Positions 40,594 to 52,190 are shown, numbered from the stretch's first letter. The stretch: DNA of 64,000 nt from an uncultured Planctomycetota bacterium (GCA_963823665.1 CAWGMQ010000006.1:1664001-1728000); one strand, 5' to 3'. The notes: generated by a model not told the origin, from the sequence alone. Translations and numbers: made by a program.

Positions 40594-41940
40594 ATGAATA
40601 AACACCGTAGAATCTCACGACGAACCATCCTGCGGGGCATCGGCGCGTCGCTGGCCTTGCCGCTCCTCGAAGTGATGGAAGACCGTAGCGCCCGCGCGAG
40701 CTCCGCTCACGGCGGCAAGCCGCCCGTGCGGATGGCATTCCTGTACGTTCCCAATGGAGTGCACATGCCGGCGTGGACGCCGCGCGCGGAAGGCAAGGAC
40801 TTCGATCTGCCGCCGATCCTGGAACCGCTCTCCGCCGTCAAGAATGAAATCCTTGTCCTGAGTGGGCTCACCTTGAATCCGGCTCGCGCGCTCGGTGACG
40901 GCGGCGGCGACCACGCTCGGGCCATGGCCAGCTTCTTGACGGGCTGTCACCCACGGAAGACCGGCGGCGCCGATCTGTGCGCGGGGGTCTCGGTCGATCA
41001 GGTCGCTGCGCAGCGACTGGGCCACCTGACCCGGTTTCCGTCGCTCGAGATCGGCTGTGAGGGAGGGCAGAACGGCGGCGAGTGCGACCACGGCTATAGC
41101 TGTGCGTACCAGTCGAACCTGGCGTGGCGCAGCGAACGGGCGCCGCTTGCAAAGCAGGTCAATCCCCGGTTGTTGTTCGACCGGCTCTTTGGTGCTCCGG
41201 CCGAAAACGAGAGCGCGCAAGCCCGTGCCCGGACCGCTCGGCGGCAGAAGAGCGTTCTCGACTTCGTCCTGGAAGAGACCCGGCGCCTCACGCAGGATCT
41301 CGGCGTTGCAGACCGCCGCAAGCTGGATGAGTACCTGACCAGCGTTCGCGAGGTCGAGCGGCGGATCTCGATTGCCTCGCCCGTGTTCGACCATGGTGGA
41401 TCGGCTCATCAGCGGCCGCTCGGAATTCCTGCCGACATCGAAGAACACTTACGCGTGATGAGTGATCTCCTGGTACTGGCGTTTCAGGCCGATCTCACGC
41501 GAATCGCGACGTTCGTCTTCGCCAACGACGGCAGCAACCGGAGCTACCCCGCGATCGACGTTCGCGACGGCCATCACGACCTGTCGCACCACGGCGGCGA
41601 CGCCGCCAAGGAAACGAAAATCCTTGCGATCAACCGGTTCCATGTCGCCCAGCTCGCGTATCTCTTCGGCAAGCTGAAGTCGACTCGGGAGGGAGATGGT
41701 TCACTGCTCGATCACTCGATGATCGTCTACGGCAGCGGCATCAGTGACGGCAACTCGCACCGCCACGACAACTTGCCGATTCTGCTCTCGGGCCGTGCCG
41801 CAGGCACGATCAAGACGGGCCGGCACATTCGCTGCGCGGCGGAGACGCCACTCTGCAATCTCTATGTATCGATGCTCAATCGCATCGGAGTCGATGCAAC
41901 GGCGTTCGGCGACAGCACCGGCGATCTGGGTGCTCTGTAG
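40594..41940 (+). CDS. DUF1552 family protein (Tat signal)
   Basis: ISRRTILRG..LPLLE, YVPNG, SVDQ, HHDLSHH. Confidence 0.9.
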   Translation: MNKHRRISRRTILRGIGASLALPLLEVMEDRSARASSAHGGKPPVRMAFLYVPNGVHMPAWTPRAEGKDFDLPPILEPLSAVKNEILVLSGLTLNPARALGDGGGDHARAMASFLTGCHPRKTGGADLCAGVSVDQVAAQRLGHLTRFPSLEIGCEGGQNGGECDHGYSCAYQSNLAWRSERAPLAKQVNPRLLFDRLFGAPAENESAQARARTARRQKSVLDFVLEETRRLTQDLGVADRRKLDEYLTSVREVERRISIASPVFDHGGSAHQRPLGIPADIEEHLRVMSDLLVLAFQADLTRIATFVFANDGSNRSYPAIDVRDGHHDLSHHGGDAAKETKILAINRFHVAQLAYLFGKLKSTREGDGSLLDHSMIVYGSGISDGNSHRHDNLPILLSGRAAGTIKTGRHIRCAAETPLCNLYVSMLNRIGVDATAFGDSTGDLGAL

Positions 41941-41995
41941 GGATAAATTCCGGCGCCGTGAATGGACTGGCACGATCGGGCAACCGAATCGGGTC

Positions 41996-42161
41996 GCACA
42001 GGCCTCGCCAGTGCTCTGGTGTAGCAGGCACACTCCGTGTGCCGCCCGCTGAAAGTTTTCGATGGATGGCACAGGCCTCGCCAGTGCTCTGGTGTAGCAG
42101 GCACACTCCGTGTGCCGCCCGCTGAAAGTTCTCGATGGATGGGACTGGCCTCGCCAGTGCT
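41996..42161. repeat. 73-bp tandem repeat (about 2.3 copies) carrying GTAG-type REP-like hairpins
   Basis: Units start at 41996, 42069, 42142; GTAGCA-GGCACAC-TCC-GTGTGCC; between convergent genes. Confidence 0.8.
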
Positions 42162-42170
42162 GCATGCCGC

Positions 42171-43302
42171 TCACACATCCGCGATCAGAATATCCAGCCC
42201 TTCAGCCTGGCGCTCGAGCCGGTTCAAGATCGAGCCATTCAACTGCTTGTACCACGGCTGACGGCTCTTGCCGACCACGATGATCTTGATCGCGTATTCG
42301 TGGGCAAACGCCAGCATGGTGCTCGCGACGTCCGGCCCGCGGAACGTCATGGGGATTCCGCCGAGCTGCTGCGCCAGCTCGAGATTCTTGCGAGAGCAGC
42401 CGCTGCGTGGCCGCGTCGATGCGCGTCAGGTCTTCAAGCGGCGTCTGAATGTACACGGCATACCACGGCACATTCAGCCGGTCGGCGATCCGCGCAGTCT
42501 TTCGCAAGAGCGCGGGCGCATTCGGGCTGCGGCTCGAAATGCCAACCATGACGCGGTCCGTCGCCGAGAGCGGAAACTGGTCGGCCTCGGCCCGCCGCGT
42601 CCGGCGGTCGATCAAGTGGGCAATCTCCGTCAGCGTGATCTCGCGTAGCCGCGTCAGATTCGAAGGCGTGAAGAAATTCTCGAGCGCCGCATTGATCCGG
42701 TCGGGTGGATAAACCTTGCCGGTGTTGAGCCGTTCGATCAAGTCTTCGACGGAGATGTCCACGTTGACGATCTGGTCGGCCTCGGCAAGCACGCGGTCCG
42801 GAATGCGCTCCTTCACCCGCACGTTGGTCACGCGCTCGATCTCGTCGTACAGACTTTCGAGATGCTGAACGTTCACAGTTGTGATCACATGAATGCCCGC
42901 ATGAAGCAGGTCTTCGACGTCCTGAAATCGCTTGGGATGGCGCGAGCCGGGTGCGTTGGTGTGGGCCAGCTCGTCGACCAGGCACACCGTCGGCCGCCGG
43001 ACGATGATCGCGTCGACATCCATTTCGCGGAGGGTCACGCCGCGATACTCGACCACGCGTGGAGGAATGATCTCGAGGTCACCGATCTGTTCCGCCGTCT
43101 CGCGGCGCCCGTGCGTCTCGACCAGGCCGATCACCGCGTCGACGCCCTGCGACTTGAGACGATGGCCTTCCCGGAGCATCGCATAGGTCTTGCCCGTGCC
43201 GGCCGCCGAGCCCAGGTAAACCTTGAGCCGTCCCCGCGTCTGCCGGCGGATCAAGCTCAGGAACTGCTCGGGAGTCGGTCGATGAGTCTCCGTGGAGGGC
43301 AT
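42171..43302 (-). CDS. kdpD: KdpD N-terminal sensor + USP domain protein (no kinase domain), frameshift near 42390
   Basis: GRLKVYLGSAAGTGKTYAML, LVDELAHTN, NVQHLESL; ends ..GLDILIADV*. Confidence 0.88.
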
Positions 43303-43359
43303 GGAATTGGACCTCGGCTCCTTCGTCAATCATGAAAGAATATGGATCGGAAAACGCCC

Positions 43360-43911
43360 CTACTTGTCCAGCTCCAGGTTGAGCAGCAGCACGTTCACTC
43401 GAGCGGGGGCGCCGATGATCGTGCCCGATCGGTTCGTCATCTTCTCGATCAGCGTTCGCACAACCTCGATCGAGAGCCCGCGCGCCTTCGCAACGCGAGG
43501 CGCCTGGAAAAAAGCCGTCTCCAGACTGATGTCCGGATCGAGACCCGAGCCCGACGCCGTGACCAGGTCCAAGGGCGCCGGCTGACTGACGGTTGCCTCG
43601 AGAGCCTGAACCCTGGCCACGACCGCCGTGCGCAGATCCGCGTTGTTGGTGCCAAGGTTCGACCCTCCGGCCGCGTCTGCCTTGTAGTCGACCGCAGACG
43701 GCCGCGGCCGGAAGTACCGCGCCGAGACGAACCGCTGCGCGATCAGCTCTGACCCGATCACCGTTCGCCCGTCCGGCGCGTAAATCAGGCTTCCATCCGC
43801 CTGCGAGGGAAACAATAGCTGCGCCACCCCCCAGACCGCCGCCGGGTAGACGATCGCACAGAGAAGAAAGGTAAGGATGCAGGCTTTGAGTGCTTTCATG
43901 TAAATTGTCAT
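43360..43911 (-). CDS. kdpC: K+-transporting ATPase subunit C
   Basis: QADGSL, GSELIAQ, RPSA, TASGSGLDPDIS, VNVLLLN. Confidence 0.95.
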   Translation of the reverse strand: MTIYMKALKACILTFLLCAIVYPAAVWGVAQLLFPSQADGSLIYAPDGRTVIGSELIAQRFVSARYFRPRPSAVDYKADAAGGSNLGTNNADLRTAVVARVQALEATVSQPAPLDLVTASGSGLDPDISLETAFFQAPRVAKARGLSIEVVRTLIEKMTNRSGTIIGAPARVNVLLLNLELDK

Positions 43912-43935
43912 CTGTTAGTTGTCAGGTGTTAGTTG

Positions 43936-46070
43936 TCATTTGATGACCATTGTCAGGATCGGGTCGATCATCAGGTCGATCAGCTTGATTCCGATGAAGG
44001 GCGCGATGACTCCGCCCAGGCCGTAGAAGAGCATGTTCCGGCGCAAGAGGCGCTGGCGCCGACCGGGCGGTACGTCACTCCCTTGAGCGCGATCGGGATG
44101 AGTAGCGGGATGATGATCGCGTTGAATATCACGGCAGAGAGGATCGCCGACTGCGGGCCGCCCTCGGTCGCGAGGCCCATCAAGTCGATTGCCCGCAGGA
44201 ACGCGAGCGATTCGAAGCCGACGAACATCGCCGGAATCACGGCGAAGTACTTGGCGAGGTCGTTGGCGATGGAAAAGGTCGTGAGCGCTCCGCGGGTCAT
44301 GAGCAGTTGCTTGCCGATCTCGACGACTTCGATGAGCTTGGTCGGGTCGCTGTCCAGGTCGACCATGTTGCCGGCTTCCTTGGCAGCCTGAGTGCCCGAG
44401 TTCATGGCCACGCCGATATCGGCCTGAGCCAGCGCAGGGGCGTCGTTGGTGCCGTCGCCCATCATGGCGACGAGCTTGCCGCCGGTCTGCTCCTTGCGGA
44501 TATAGGCAAGCTTCGCCTCGGGCGTGGCCTGGGCGATGAAGTCGTCGACGCCCGCCTCGTCGGCGATCGCCTTGGCGGTCAGCGGGTTATCGCCCGTCAC
44601 CATCACCACGCGCAGCCCCATCTGCCTGAGCCGGGCGAACCGTTCGCGAATGCCCTGCTTCAAGATGTCTTCCAGCTTGATCAGCCCGACGATCTTCTCG
44701 TCGCTCACCACGGCGAGCGGCGTTGCGCCCTTCGAGGCGATGGCGTCGACCGTCTCCTGGTAGCCGTCGGGAATGGTTCCGCGCATCTCCTCCACGGCCC
44801 GCGCGATCGTGTTCGGCGCCCCCTTGCGGATCCGGCATCCGCCGGGAATATCGATGCCGCTCATCCGGGTCTGGGCCGTGAACTCGACGAACCGGCTGCC
44901 GTCGGGAGCTTCCAGCTCCAGGGTGAACTCACGTCGCGCCAGCTCGACAATGCTCTTGCCTTCCGGCGTGGTGTCGGCCAGCGAGGCCATCGCGGCCAGC
45001 CGCGCCAGCTCCCGCTCGTTCGTGCCCTGTAGCGGCACGAACGCAGTCGCGCGGCGATTGCCAAGCGTGATCGTGCCGGTCTTGTCGAGCAGCAGCGTGT
45101 CCACATCGCCGGCAACCTCGACGGCCTTGCCGCTCTTGGCGATCAGGTTTGCCGCCAGCGCTCGATCCATCCCCGCGATCCCGATCGCCGCGAGCAAAGC
45201 ACCAATGGTCGTGGGGATCAAACACACCAGAAGTGCGATGAGCGTGGGGATGTCCAGGCTGATCGCAAAGTACCGGGCCATGGGATACAGCGTGGCGGTG
45301 ACGATCAGGAAGATGATCGAGAATGCAGCAAGGATGATCGTCAGCGCGATTTCATTCGGCGTCTTCTGCCGCGACGCCCCTTCAACCAGGGCGATCATCC
45401 GGTCCAGGAAGCTTTCGCCGGCCCCGGCGGTCACCTCCACAACAATGCGATCGGAGAGCACCCGCGTTCCGCCCGTCACGCCCGACCGGTCGCCGCCGGC
45501 CTCGCGAATCACCGGCGCGCTCTCGCCGGTAATCGCCGACTCATCGACCGAGGCCACGCCGATGACGATGTCGCCGTCAGCCGGAATGATCTGACCGGCC
45601 TCGACCACGACGCGGTCGCCCGGCTTCAGCTCCGTCGACGAAACCTCGATCGTCTCGCCCGAGCTATCCAGCCGAAACGCCAGCGTGTCCTGACGAGTCG
45701 CCCGCAGGCTCTGTGCCTGCGCTTTACCCCGAGCCTCGGCGAGTGCCTCCGCGAAATTGGCGAAGAGCACCGTGAGCAGCAGCAAGAACGCCAGCGCCGC
45801 CTGATAAAGGATCAGCCCCGTGCCGGCCCCCGACACGATCGACTCGATTGTCACAAGCGTGGTCAAGATCCACCCGGCCTCGACCAGGAACATCACCGGG
45901 TTTCTTGCCATGTTCCGAGGGTCGAGCATCACGAACGATCGGATCGTCGCCATCTTCACCAGTGCCGGCTCGAACAGCCGCAGCCGGCGGGTATGACGGC
46001 GATTCAGCTTGAGTGCCTGAGAATCGATCGGAGGCGGCGCGGGAAGCTGAGTCGGAGTGAGAAGCGACAT
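43936..46070 (-). CDS. kdpB: K+-transporting ATPase subunit B, frameshift near 44050
   Basis: [24 protein letters not shown]. Confidence 0.95.
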
Positions 46071-46150
46071 TGGCAGTGAGTTTCCTGGCGGACAAGATCG
46101 AGATCGAATTCCGATGATAACGTCGATCGCGCCGCAGTGCGGCACACGGA

Positions 46151-46179
46151 GCATTCCGACGCAGAGCGTCGGAACGAGG
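46151..46179 (-). repeat. REP-like palindrome
   Basis: Minus strand CCTCGTTCCGACGC-TCT-GCGTCGGAATGC; family copy at 57475-57503. Confidence 0.65.
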
Positions 46180-46187
46180 AAAAAACA

Positions 46188-47930
46188 TCACGGCGGTGCG
46201 GACGTTGCCGAAAGATGGTCGGCGATCGGGCCCAGGACCACCGCGGGCATGAACGAGAGCGCACCAACCAGGAGCACGGTTCCCAGCAGCATTGCGGCAA
46301 AGGTGAGGTCGTTCGTCATCAGTGTTCCCGTCGTCGTCGGAGTGCGTTTCTTCTCGGCCAGGAAACCCGCGATGGCCAGGGGCAGCACCAGCGCGGGAAA
46401 TCTGCCCAGCAGCAGGACGACGCCCGTGGCGATGTTCCAGGCGGGGTTGTTGTCGGATAGACCTTCAAATCCCGACCCGTTGTTCGCCGCGGCCGAGGTG
46501 AACTCGTAGAGCACCTCGCTGAATCCATGCGGGCCGGGGTTGGCCACCGTCTTCTGGCCCCAGTCGGTCGCCGCGAAGAGCGCCGTGCCGCAGGTGATCA
46601 GGATCGGGTGGATCAACACGACGATCATCGCCAGCTTCACCTCCCGGGCCTCGATCTTCTTGCCCAGGTACTCCGGAGTTCGCCCGACCATGAGCCCGGC
46701 CAGAAACACGGCAACGATCACATACATGAGCATGTTCAGGAAACCCGCTCCGATGCCGCTGAAGTCGACGTTGAGCATCATGAGCGACATCGGCACCAGC
46801 CCCCCCAGGGGCTGGAAGCTGTCGTGCATCGCGTTCACCGAGCCGTTCGACGTGGCGGTCGTGATGGCTGACCACGTGGCCGATGGCACTGGCCCGATCC
46901 GCACCTCCTTTCCCTCGAGATTACCAACTCCGCGCACGGGCAGGCCGGCCGTGGCTGCGCTCGGCTGCAGCTCGGCCCCGATTGCGATCGCCGCCCCGGC
47001 CAGCAAGAGCGCCAGCATCACACCAAAAATGACGATCGCTTGCGCCTTGTCCTTGATCAAGATACCGAACATCACGATTGCGGCCATCGGGATGATGATG
47101 ATCGAGACCACCTCGAACAGGTTGCTCCAGGGGCTCGGGTTCTCGAACGGATGAGTCGAGTTCGGCCCGAAGAAGCCGCCGCCGTTGGTGCCAAGCTGCT
47201 TGATCGCCACTGCGGACGCGACCGGCCCCACGGCGATCGATTGCGTGCCCCGCTCGACCGTGCTCGCTTTGACCGCACCTCCGAAGGTCATCGGCACACC
47301 GGTCGCAACCAGGGCGATCGCCAGGATCGCTGAAAGGGGCAAGAGCACGAGCGTGATCCCCCGGATCGTGTCCAGGTAGAAATCCCCGAGAACCCGCTCG
47401 CCGCGCAGGCCACGAATCACCGCCAGCATCACGGCCAACCCACAGGCCGGCGTGACGATTTGCAGCCACACGATCGCGCCAAGCTGGCTGAAATACGAGA
47501 GATGCTGCTCGCCCGAGTAATGCTGGAGGTTGGTGTTGGTGACAAACGAGCAGACTGTGTTGAAGATGACGGCGGTGTCGGCCCCGGCGTGTTCGACCCC
47601 CGCCGCGTCCTTGTACCCAAGCGCGGTGAGCGCGCCCTTGTGGTCCGGGTTGAGCAGCGGAAGATAGCTCTGCAAGAGCAGGATGCCGAACGAGATCGCG
47701 AAGAGCGCCATGTTGAAAGCCAGCAGCGCGAGCGCGTACTGCTTCCAGCCCATCTTGATCGGCTCGCGATGACCGATCAGTCGCAAGAGCGCGAGCGGAA
47801 TCGCGTCGACCCCCTTGCCGACACGCGCCGGCTCGGGATCGAGAGCCCTCGCCATCCACCAGCCCAAGGGCAGCGAGCCTGCAATCGGTAGCCCGATCGC
47901 CCAGAAGGGATGCACAAGCCCGAAATCCAA
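46188..47930 (-). CDS. kdpA: K+-transporting ATPase subunit A
   Basis: FVTNTNLQHY, LGTNGGG, SNGSVNAMHDS, NNGSGF. Confidence 0.96.
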   Translation of the reverse strand: MDFGLVHPFWAIGLPIAGSLPLGWWMARALDPEPARVGKGVDAIPLALLRLIGHREPIKMGWKQYALALLAFNMALFAISFGILLLQSYLPLLNPDHKGALTALGYKDAAGVEHAGADTAVIFNTVCSFVTNTNLQHYSGEQHLSYFSQLGAIVWLQIVTPACGLAVMLAVIRGLRGERVLGDFYLDTIRGITLVLLPLSAILAIALVATGVPMTFGGAVKASTVERGTQSIAVGPVASAVAIKQLGTNGGGFFGPNSTHPFENPSPWSNLFEVVSIIIIPMAAIVMFGILIKDKAQAIVIFGVMLALLLAGAAIAIGAELQPSAATAGLPVRGVGNLEGKEVRIGPVPSATWSAITTATSNGSVNAMHDSFQPLGGLVPMSLMMLNVDFSGIGAGFLNMLMYVIVAVFLAGLMVGRTPEYLGKKIEAREVKLAMIVVLIHPILITCGTALFAATDWGQKTVANPGPHGFSEVLYEFTSAAANNGSGFEGLSDNNPAWNIATGVVLLLGRFPALVLPLAIAGFLAEKKRTPTTTGTLMTNDLTFAAMLLGTVLLVGALSFMPAVVLGPIADHLSATSAPP

Positions 47931-47951
47931 TGGAGAGTCTCCAACAGGGCG

Positions 47952-48032
47952 TTAGAACTTCTCGGGGAAGATCATGACGTACGCCAGGTAAACGAGTGCC
48001 GCCACGGCGAGCATGCCCGTCAGATACAACAT
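47952..48032 (-). CDS. kdpF: K+-transporting ATPase subunit F
   Basis: MLYLTGMLAVAALVYLAYVMIFPEKF with AAGGA RBS. Confidence 0.88.
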   Translation of the reverse strand: MLYLTGMLAVAALVYLAYVMIFPEKF

Positions 48033-48047
48033 GTCAGGTCCTTCGGT

Positions 48048-48146
48048 TCAAAGCCGGTCACATCCGGCGGTCATCGCGAAAAAGAGGCCGAAGATCGCCA
48101 GGCCAAGTGCCAGGGTTGCCGTCGCCATCATGAGAAAACGCCTCAT
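48048..48146 (-). CDS. Small hydrophobic kdp-associated peptide (KdpZ/KdpG-like)
   Basis: MRRFLMMATATLALGLAIFGLFFAMTAGCDRL directly upstream of kdpF. Confidence 0.6.
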   Translation of the reverse strand: MRRFLMMATATLALGLAIFGLFFAMTAGCDRL

Positions 48147-48799
48147 CTTCTTCCCGTGTTGCCACCAGGAAACCAATCGCGCAGGATCCGGTACGCGCCC
48201 CGTGACTCTTCGTCCTTGAGTTTCCGAAGGCGCTTGAGCAGCTCTTCGGCCTCGGTTGACTCGGGGTCGCCGGCGAGGATCTCGAGCAGGATGGTCTCCG
48301 CCTCGTCGAACTGGCACCGATTGATCGCTCGCTTGGCCCGCGCCAGGTCGAAAGCCACTTGCTTCGAGCGGTCGGGAGCTTTGGGGCTCAATTCGAGCGG
48401 GCGTGGCCCATGCGCGGAGGCTGCGTGGCGTGCAATCACCTCGGCCACGACGCGCCGCAGCGCCTCGGGCGTGATGGGCTTGGTGAGAAAATCGATCGCG
48501 CCCAGCTTCATCGCGGTGACCGCCTCGGGGATGCTGCCGTGAGCGGTCAAGATGACAACCGGGACGGTGTTTCCCACCTCTCGCAATCGCGAAAGCACCT
48601 CCATGCCGTCGACCTTGGGCATCTGCAAGTCGAGCAAGACCAGGTCGAAGCTCGGGCCGGAGGAGCTCAAGGTCTCGATCGCTTTCGCGCCGTCCTCGGC
48701 ATCGACGACTTCGTATCCGACCGACGAGAGGGCCGTTCCCAGCACGAGGCGCACGTTGGGTTCGTCGTCCACGATCAGGACGCGGTTTTTTGGGTCCAT
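48143..48799 (-). CDS. Response regulator (receiver + TPR-like tail, no DNA-binding domain seen)
   Basis: VLIVDDE, LLDLQMP, LTAHG, FLTKP. Confidence 0.88.
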   Translation of the reverse strand: MDPKNRVLIVDDEPNVRLVLGTALSSVGYEVVDAEDGAKAIETLSSSGPSFDLVLLDLQMPKVDGMEVLSRLREVGNTVPVVILTAHGSIPEAVTAMKLGAIDFLTKPITPEALRRVVAEVIARHAASAHGPRPLELSPKAPDRSKQVAFDLARAKRAINRCQFDEAETILLEILAGDPESTEAEELLKRLRKLKDEESRGAYRILRDWFPGGNTGRR

Positions 48800-50665
48800 G
48801 GTTTTTTCATTTCAAGAGAAGTTGTCTCGTTCGAGAAGCGGATCGCCGGCAAGGTGAACGTGAACGTGGTTCCCTTGCCGGGCTGACTGCTGACTTCGAT
48901 CTCGCCGCCATGGGCCGCGATGATTTCGCGAACGATCGCCAGTCCCAGGCCCGCCCCGCCGGTGTGCCTGGTCGATGGCACGCGATAGAATTTCTCGAAG
49001 ATGCGAGCGACGTGTTCGGCGGGGATGCCTTCGCCGCTGTCGCGCACCACGAACCGCGCTCTCTCGCCTTGGGCGAACGCGCCCACGCTCACCGAGCCGC
49101 CCCGCGGCGTGTGCTGGATGGCATTCATGATCAAGTTGTCGAACACGTGCTCGATTCGCTCGCGATCGACCATCACCGGGAGCGCCTCGCGGTGCAGCTC
49201 GGCAGAGACGGTGAGCCCCCCGGCCTGCGCCAGCGGCTGAAACCTCTTGACCGCTTCGTCGACAAGCAGTGCCGCGTCGACGGCCGCCAGCTCGAGCTGC
49301 ACTCGGCCCTGCTCGATCCGGGTCAAGTCCAGCAGATCGTTGATCATCGTGAGGATGCGATCGGAGTCCTGTCGCGCCGCCAGCAGCAATTCGATCTGCT
49401 TGGCATTGAGCGGGCCGACCAGCTCCTCGAGCAGGAGGTGAATCGCCATCTGCACGCTGGTGAGCGGGGTCTTGAGCTCGTGGCTGACGGTGGCGACCAT
49501 GTCACTCTTGAGCCGGTCCAGCAAATGGAACTTGGTCACGTCGACCATGGCGACGGCTGCGCCGAGGAGCTCATCGGTCTCGGTGCGGATTGCCAGCACC
49601 CGGGGCAGGAAGTACCGCTCCTGGCCCTTGTCGGAAAACGAGATCGCCTGCTCGAGCGACAACGGCAAGTAGTCTCCGCGGCCGGCCAGCACGTCGCCGA
49701 TCGGTGTCTTGAGCGGTTGCGGTGGATGCCACGGAACCGGCGATTCAGTCACCGGGCTCACGCCCAGAATGCGCCGAGCCGCTCGATTGGCTTGTTCGAT
49801 CGAGCCGGTCGGGTCGACGCACGACGACCGGATCCGGAAACGAATCAATCGTCGCCTGAGCGGTCTTCTGGGCCCGCAGCAGCCGCGCCGTACCGGCCTG
49901 GCGATACTCTCGCAACGTGCGAGCCATCTCGTTGAACGCATTCGCCAGCTCGCCAAGCTCGTCCCGCGATGCCGCCGGCACGATCTGGTCGAGCTCGCCC
50001 CGCGCCAGCGCCTTGGCGCCGTCGGTCACCATGTGGATCGGCCGCAGGATCGACCGCGAGAGTCGCACCGCGACGCCCAGGGTCAAGACCACCGCGGCGA
50101 TCAGCGCGCCGATCATGAGGCGGATCGAAGTCGCCGCATTGTTGCGGGCTCGGCGATCCATGGCCGACATGTTTTCCTGGTTGAGCACCAGGATTCGATC
50201 GGCGTCTTGCTTGATCTTCTCGAACGTCGGCAGCAGCACGCCGAAGTACAACTCCGCTCGTTGCTGGGGCGGCTGCTGCAGGCATCGCGAAGAACCGCTC
50301 GCCGTGCTCGAGGTACTGCTTGAAGAGTCCATCCACCGATTGCGCAAGCTCGCCTTCACCCGGCACCGTGATGTTCGCCTGCTCGACTTTCGAGATGCTC
50401 GAGAAACCGCGGACGATTGGCGTCGAACTGTTCGCGGCCGTGCCGCTCGCGGCCGCCGACCGCGAACAGCAACCCGGAGTCCATGCGCTCAATCGTTTCC
50501 TTCATGCCTTCCGCCGCCAGGATGCTGGTGTAGTTCTCGCGCAAGATCACGTCGATGTTTCCACCAAGGCTGGTAGAACATGATGATCGCCCAGAGGCCC
50601 AGCACCACCAGGATCGCCAGGGTCGGCAGCAGTCCGAGCAAGAGCTTCGTCTGGAGCGTCTTCAC
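48775..50665 (-). CDS. HAMP/PAS sensor histidine kinase (KinB-like), several frameshifts
   Basis: ILRENY, HAMP DELGELA.AFNEM, SHELKTPL, NLIMNA, GAGLGL across ORFs 50356.., 49745.., 48775.. Confidence 0.85.
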
Positions 50666-50688
50666 CGTGGAATTCCAGCCAGCCCAGC

Positions 50689-50704
50689 AGCGAGTTCCAT
50701 GCCG
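50689..50704 (-). promoter_or_regulatory. Putative sigma54 promoter for the kinase-RR-kdp operon
   Basis: Minus strand CGGCATG-GAAC-TCGCT (GG-N10-GC). Confidence 0.5.
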
Positions 50705-50795
50705 CACGCCGCGCCCGGGTCCTCGCATTCGCTCAGAGTATACGAAATCAAGGCCATGGTGCGCTCCCGTGTCTTTCCCGTCCGTCTCGGAGTAT

Positions 50796-50837
50796 TGCAA
50801 ATTGCACGAACCAGGGGAGATGTTCGTGCAAAATGCA
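50796..50837. promoter_or_regulatory. Putative enhancer (bEBP binding sites)
   Basis: TGCAAATTGCA (50796) and TGCAAAATGCA (50827), 31 bp apart, overlapping IR TTGCACGAAC-N10-GTTCGTGCAA. Confidence 0.5.
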
Positions 50838-50839
50838 TG

Positions 50840-52190
50840 TCAAAGCCCCAGTTGCTTGCGTTTGCGATAGAGGGTGCTCGGGTCGATCCCGAGGATGCGT
50901 GCCGCATCGTCCAGTGTGGGTGCCTGTCTGAGGATGAGCCGGATGTGCTCGGTCTCGAGCTGATCGAGGCGCACTCGCGCGCCGACCTCGACGGCGCAGG
51001 CTTCCTCGGTCGAGGTGCCCTGCCCGCCCGCGGCGACACGGCTCGGTAGATCACCCAGTCCGAGGGTCGGCCCCGCGGCGAAGATGACCGCGCGCTCGAT
51101 CGCATTCCTCAGCTCGCGAAGGTTGCCGGGCCATGAGTATTCGACCAGCGCGCGCCGTGCCTCCTCCGAGAACCCCTCAATCTTCTTGCCGAGTTGATTG
51201 GCGAAGAACGCCAGCATGTGTTCCGCGAGCTGCATGCGGTCGGATCGTGCGCGCAGCGGTGGCAGCGCGAGCTCGACGACGTTCAGCCGGAAGAGCAGGT
51301 CTTCGCGGAATTGACCGGCGGATACAGCGTCTTCGAGGTTGCGGTTCGACGCCGCGATCAACCGAACGTCCGCAGTCCGGGTGCGAGTTTCGCCCACGCG
51401 CTCGTAGCGGCGCTCCTGCAGGAATCGCAGCAGTTTGGGCTGGAGCAAAAGGGGAAGGTCGCCGATCTCGTCGAGGAAAAGAGAGCCTCCCTCGGCGGCT
51501 TCGACCTTGCCCTCGGTGTCGGTGACGGCCCCGGTGAATGATCCGCGGGCATGGCCAAATAGCTCGCTTTCGAGCAACTCGGCGTTCAAACTTGGGCAGC
51601 TCACAGTGACAAAAGGTCCCGAGGCACGAGCGGCTCCACGCGTGAATCGCTCGAGCGAGCACGCCCTTGCCCGTGCCGCTCTCCCCGCGGATCAGCACGA
51701 CCGCGTCGGTGGCGGCAACCTTGTGGCCCTGTTCGAATACCAGATCGAGCGCGCGGTCGTTGCGCGCGAACGACGCCTCCGGCACCTCGCTCACAAGCTG
51801 CTGCTTGAGCCCCGCAAGCTGGTTCTCCAGCGAGCGCACTCGCTCGAGACGCTCCAGTACGGCGCGAACCTGCGCGGGCGTAAACGGCTTGGGCAAGTAA
51901 TCAAACGCGCCCCGGCGCATGGCGTCCACGGCGTTTTCGATGCTGGCGAATGCCGTCACGATGACGACCGCCAGCCGCGAATACCGCGAAGCCAGAGTCT
52001 CGAGCAGGTTGAATCCGGATTCTTCTCCGAGCTTCAGGTCGACAAGCGCCAGGTCGAAATGCGCACGCTCGAATTGTCGCAGGGCCTCCGGAATGCCGGT
52101 CGCTTCCTCCACCTTATGTTTGGCCGCTTCGAGGGCGATCCGCAGAGTCTTTCGGATGTTGGCTTCGTCGTCGACGATCAAGATTCGCAT
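50840..52190 (-). CDS. Sigma54-dependent NtrC/AlgB-family response regulator, frameshift near 51630
   Basis: Receiver; [34 protein letters not shown]; Fis HTH. Confidence 0.92.

Noticed and set aside
41996..42161. CRISPR array
   Set aside because: Units are nearly identical along their whole length, with no unique spacers and no cas genes
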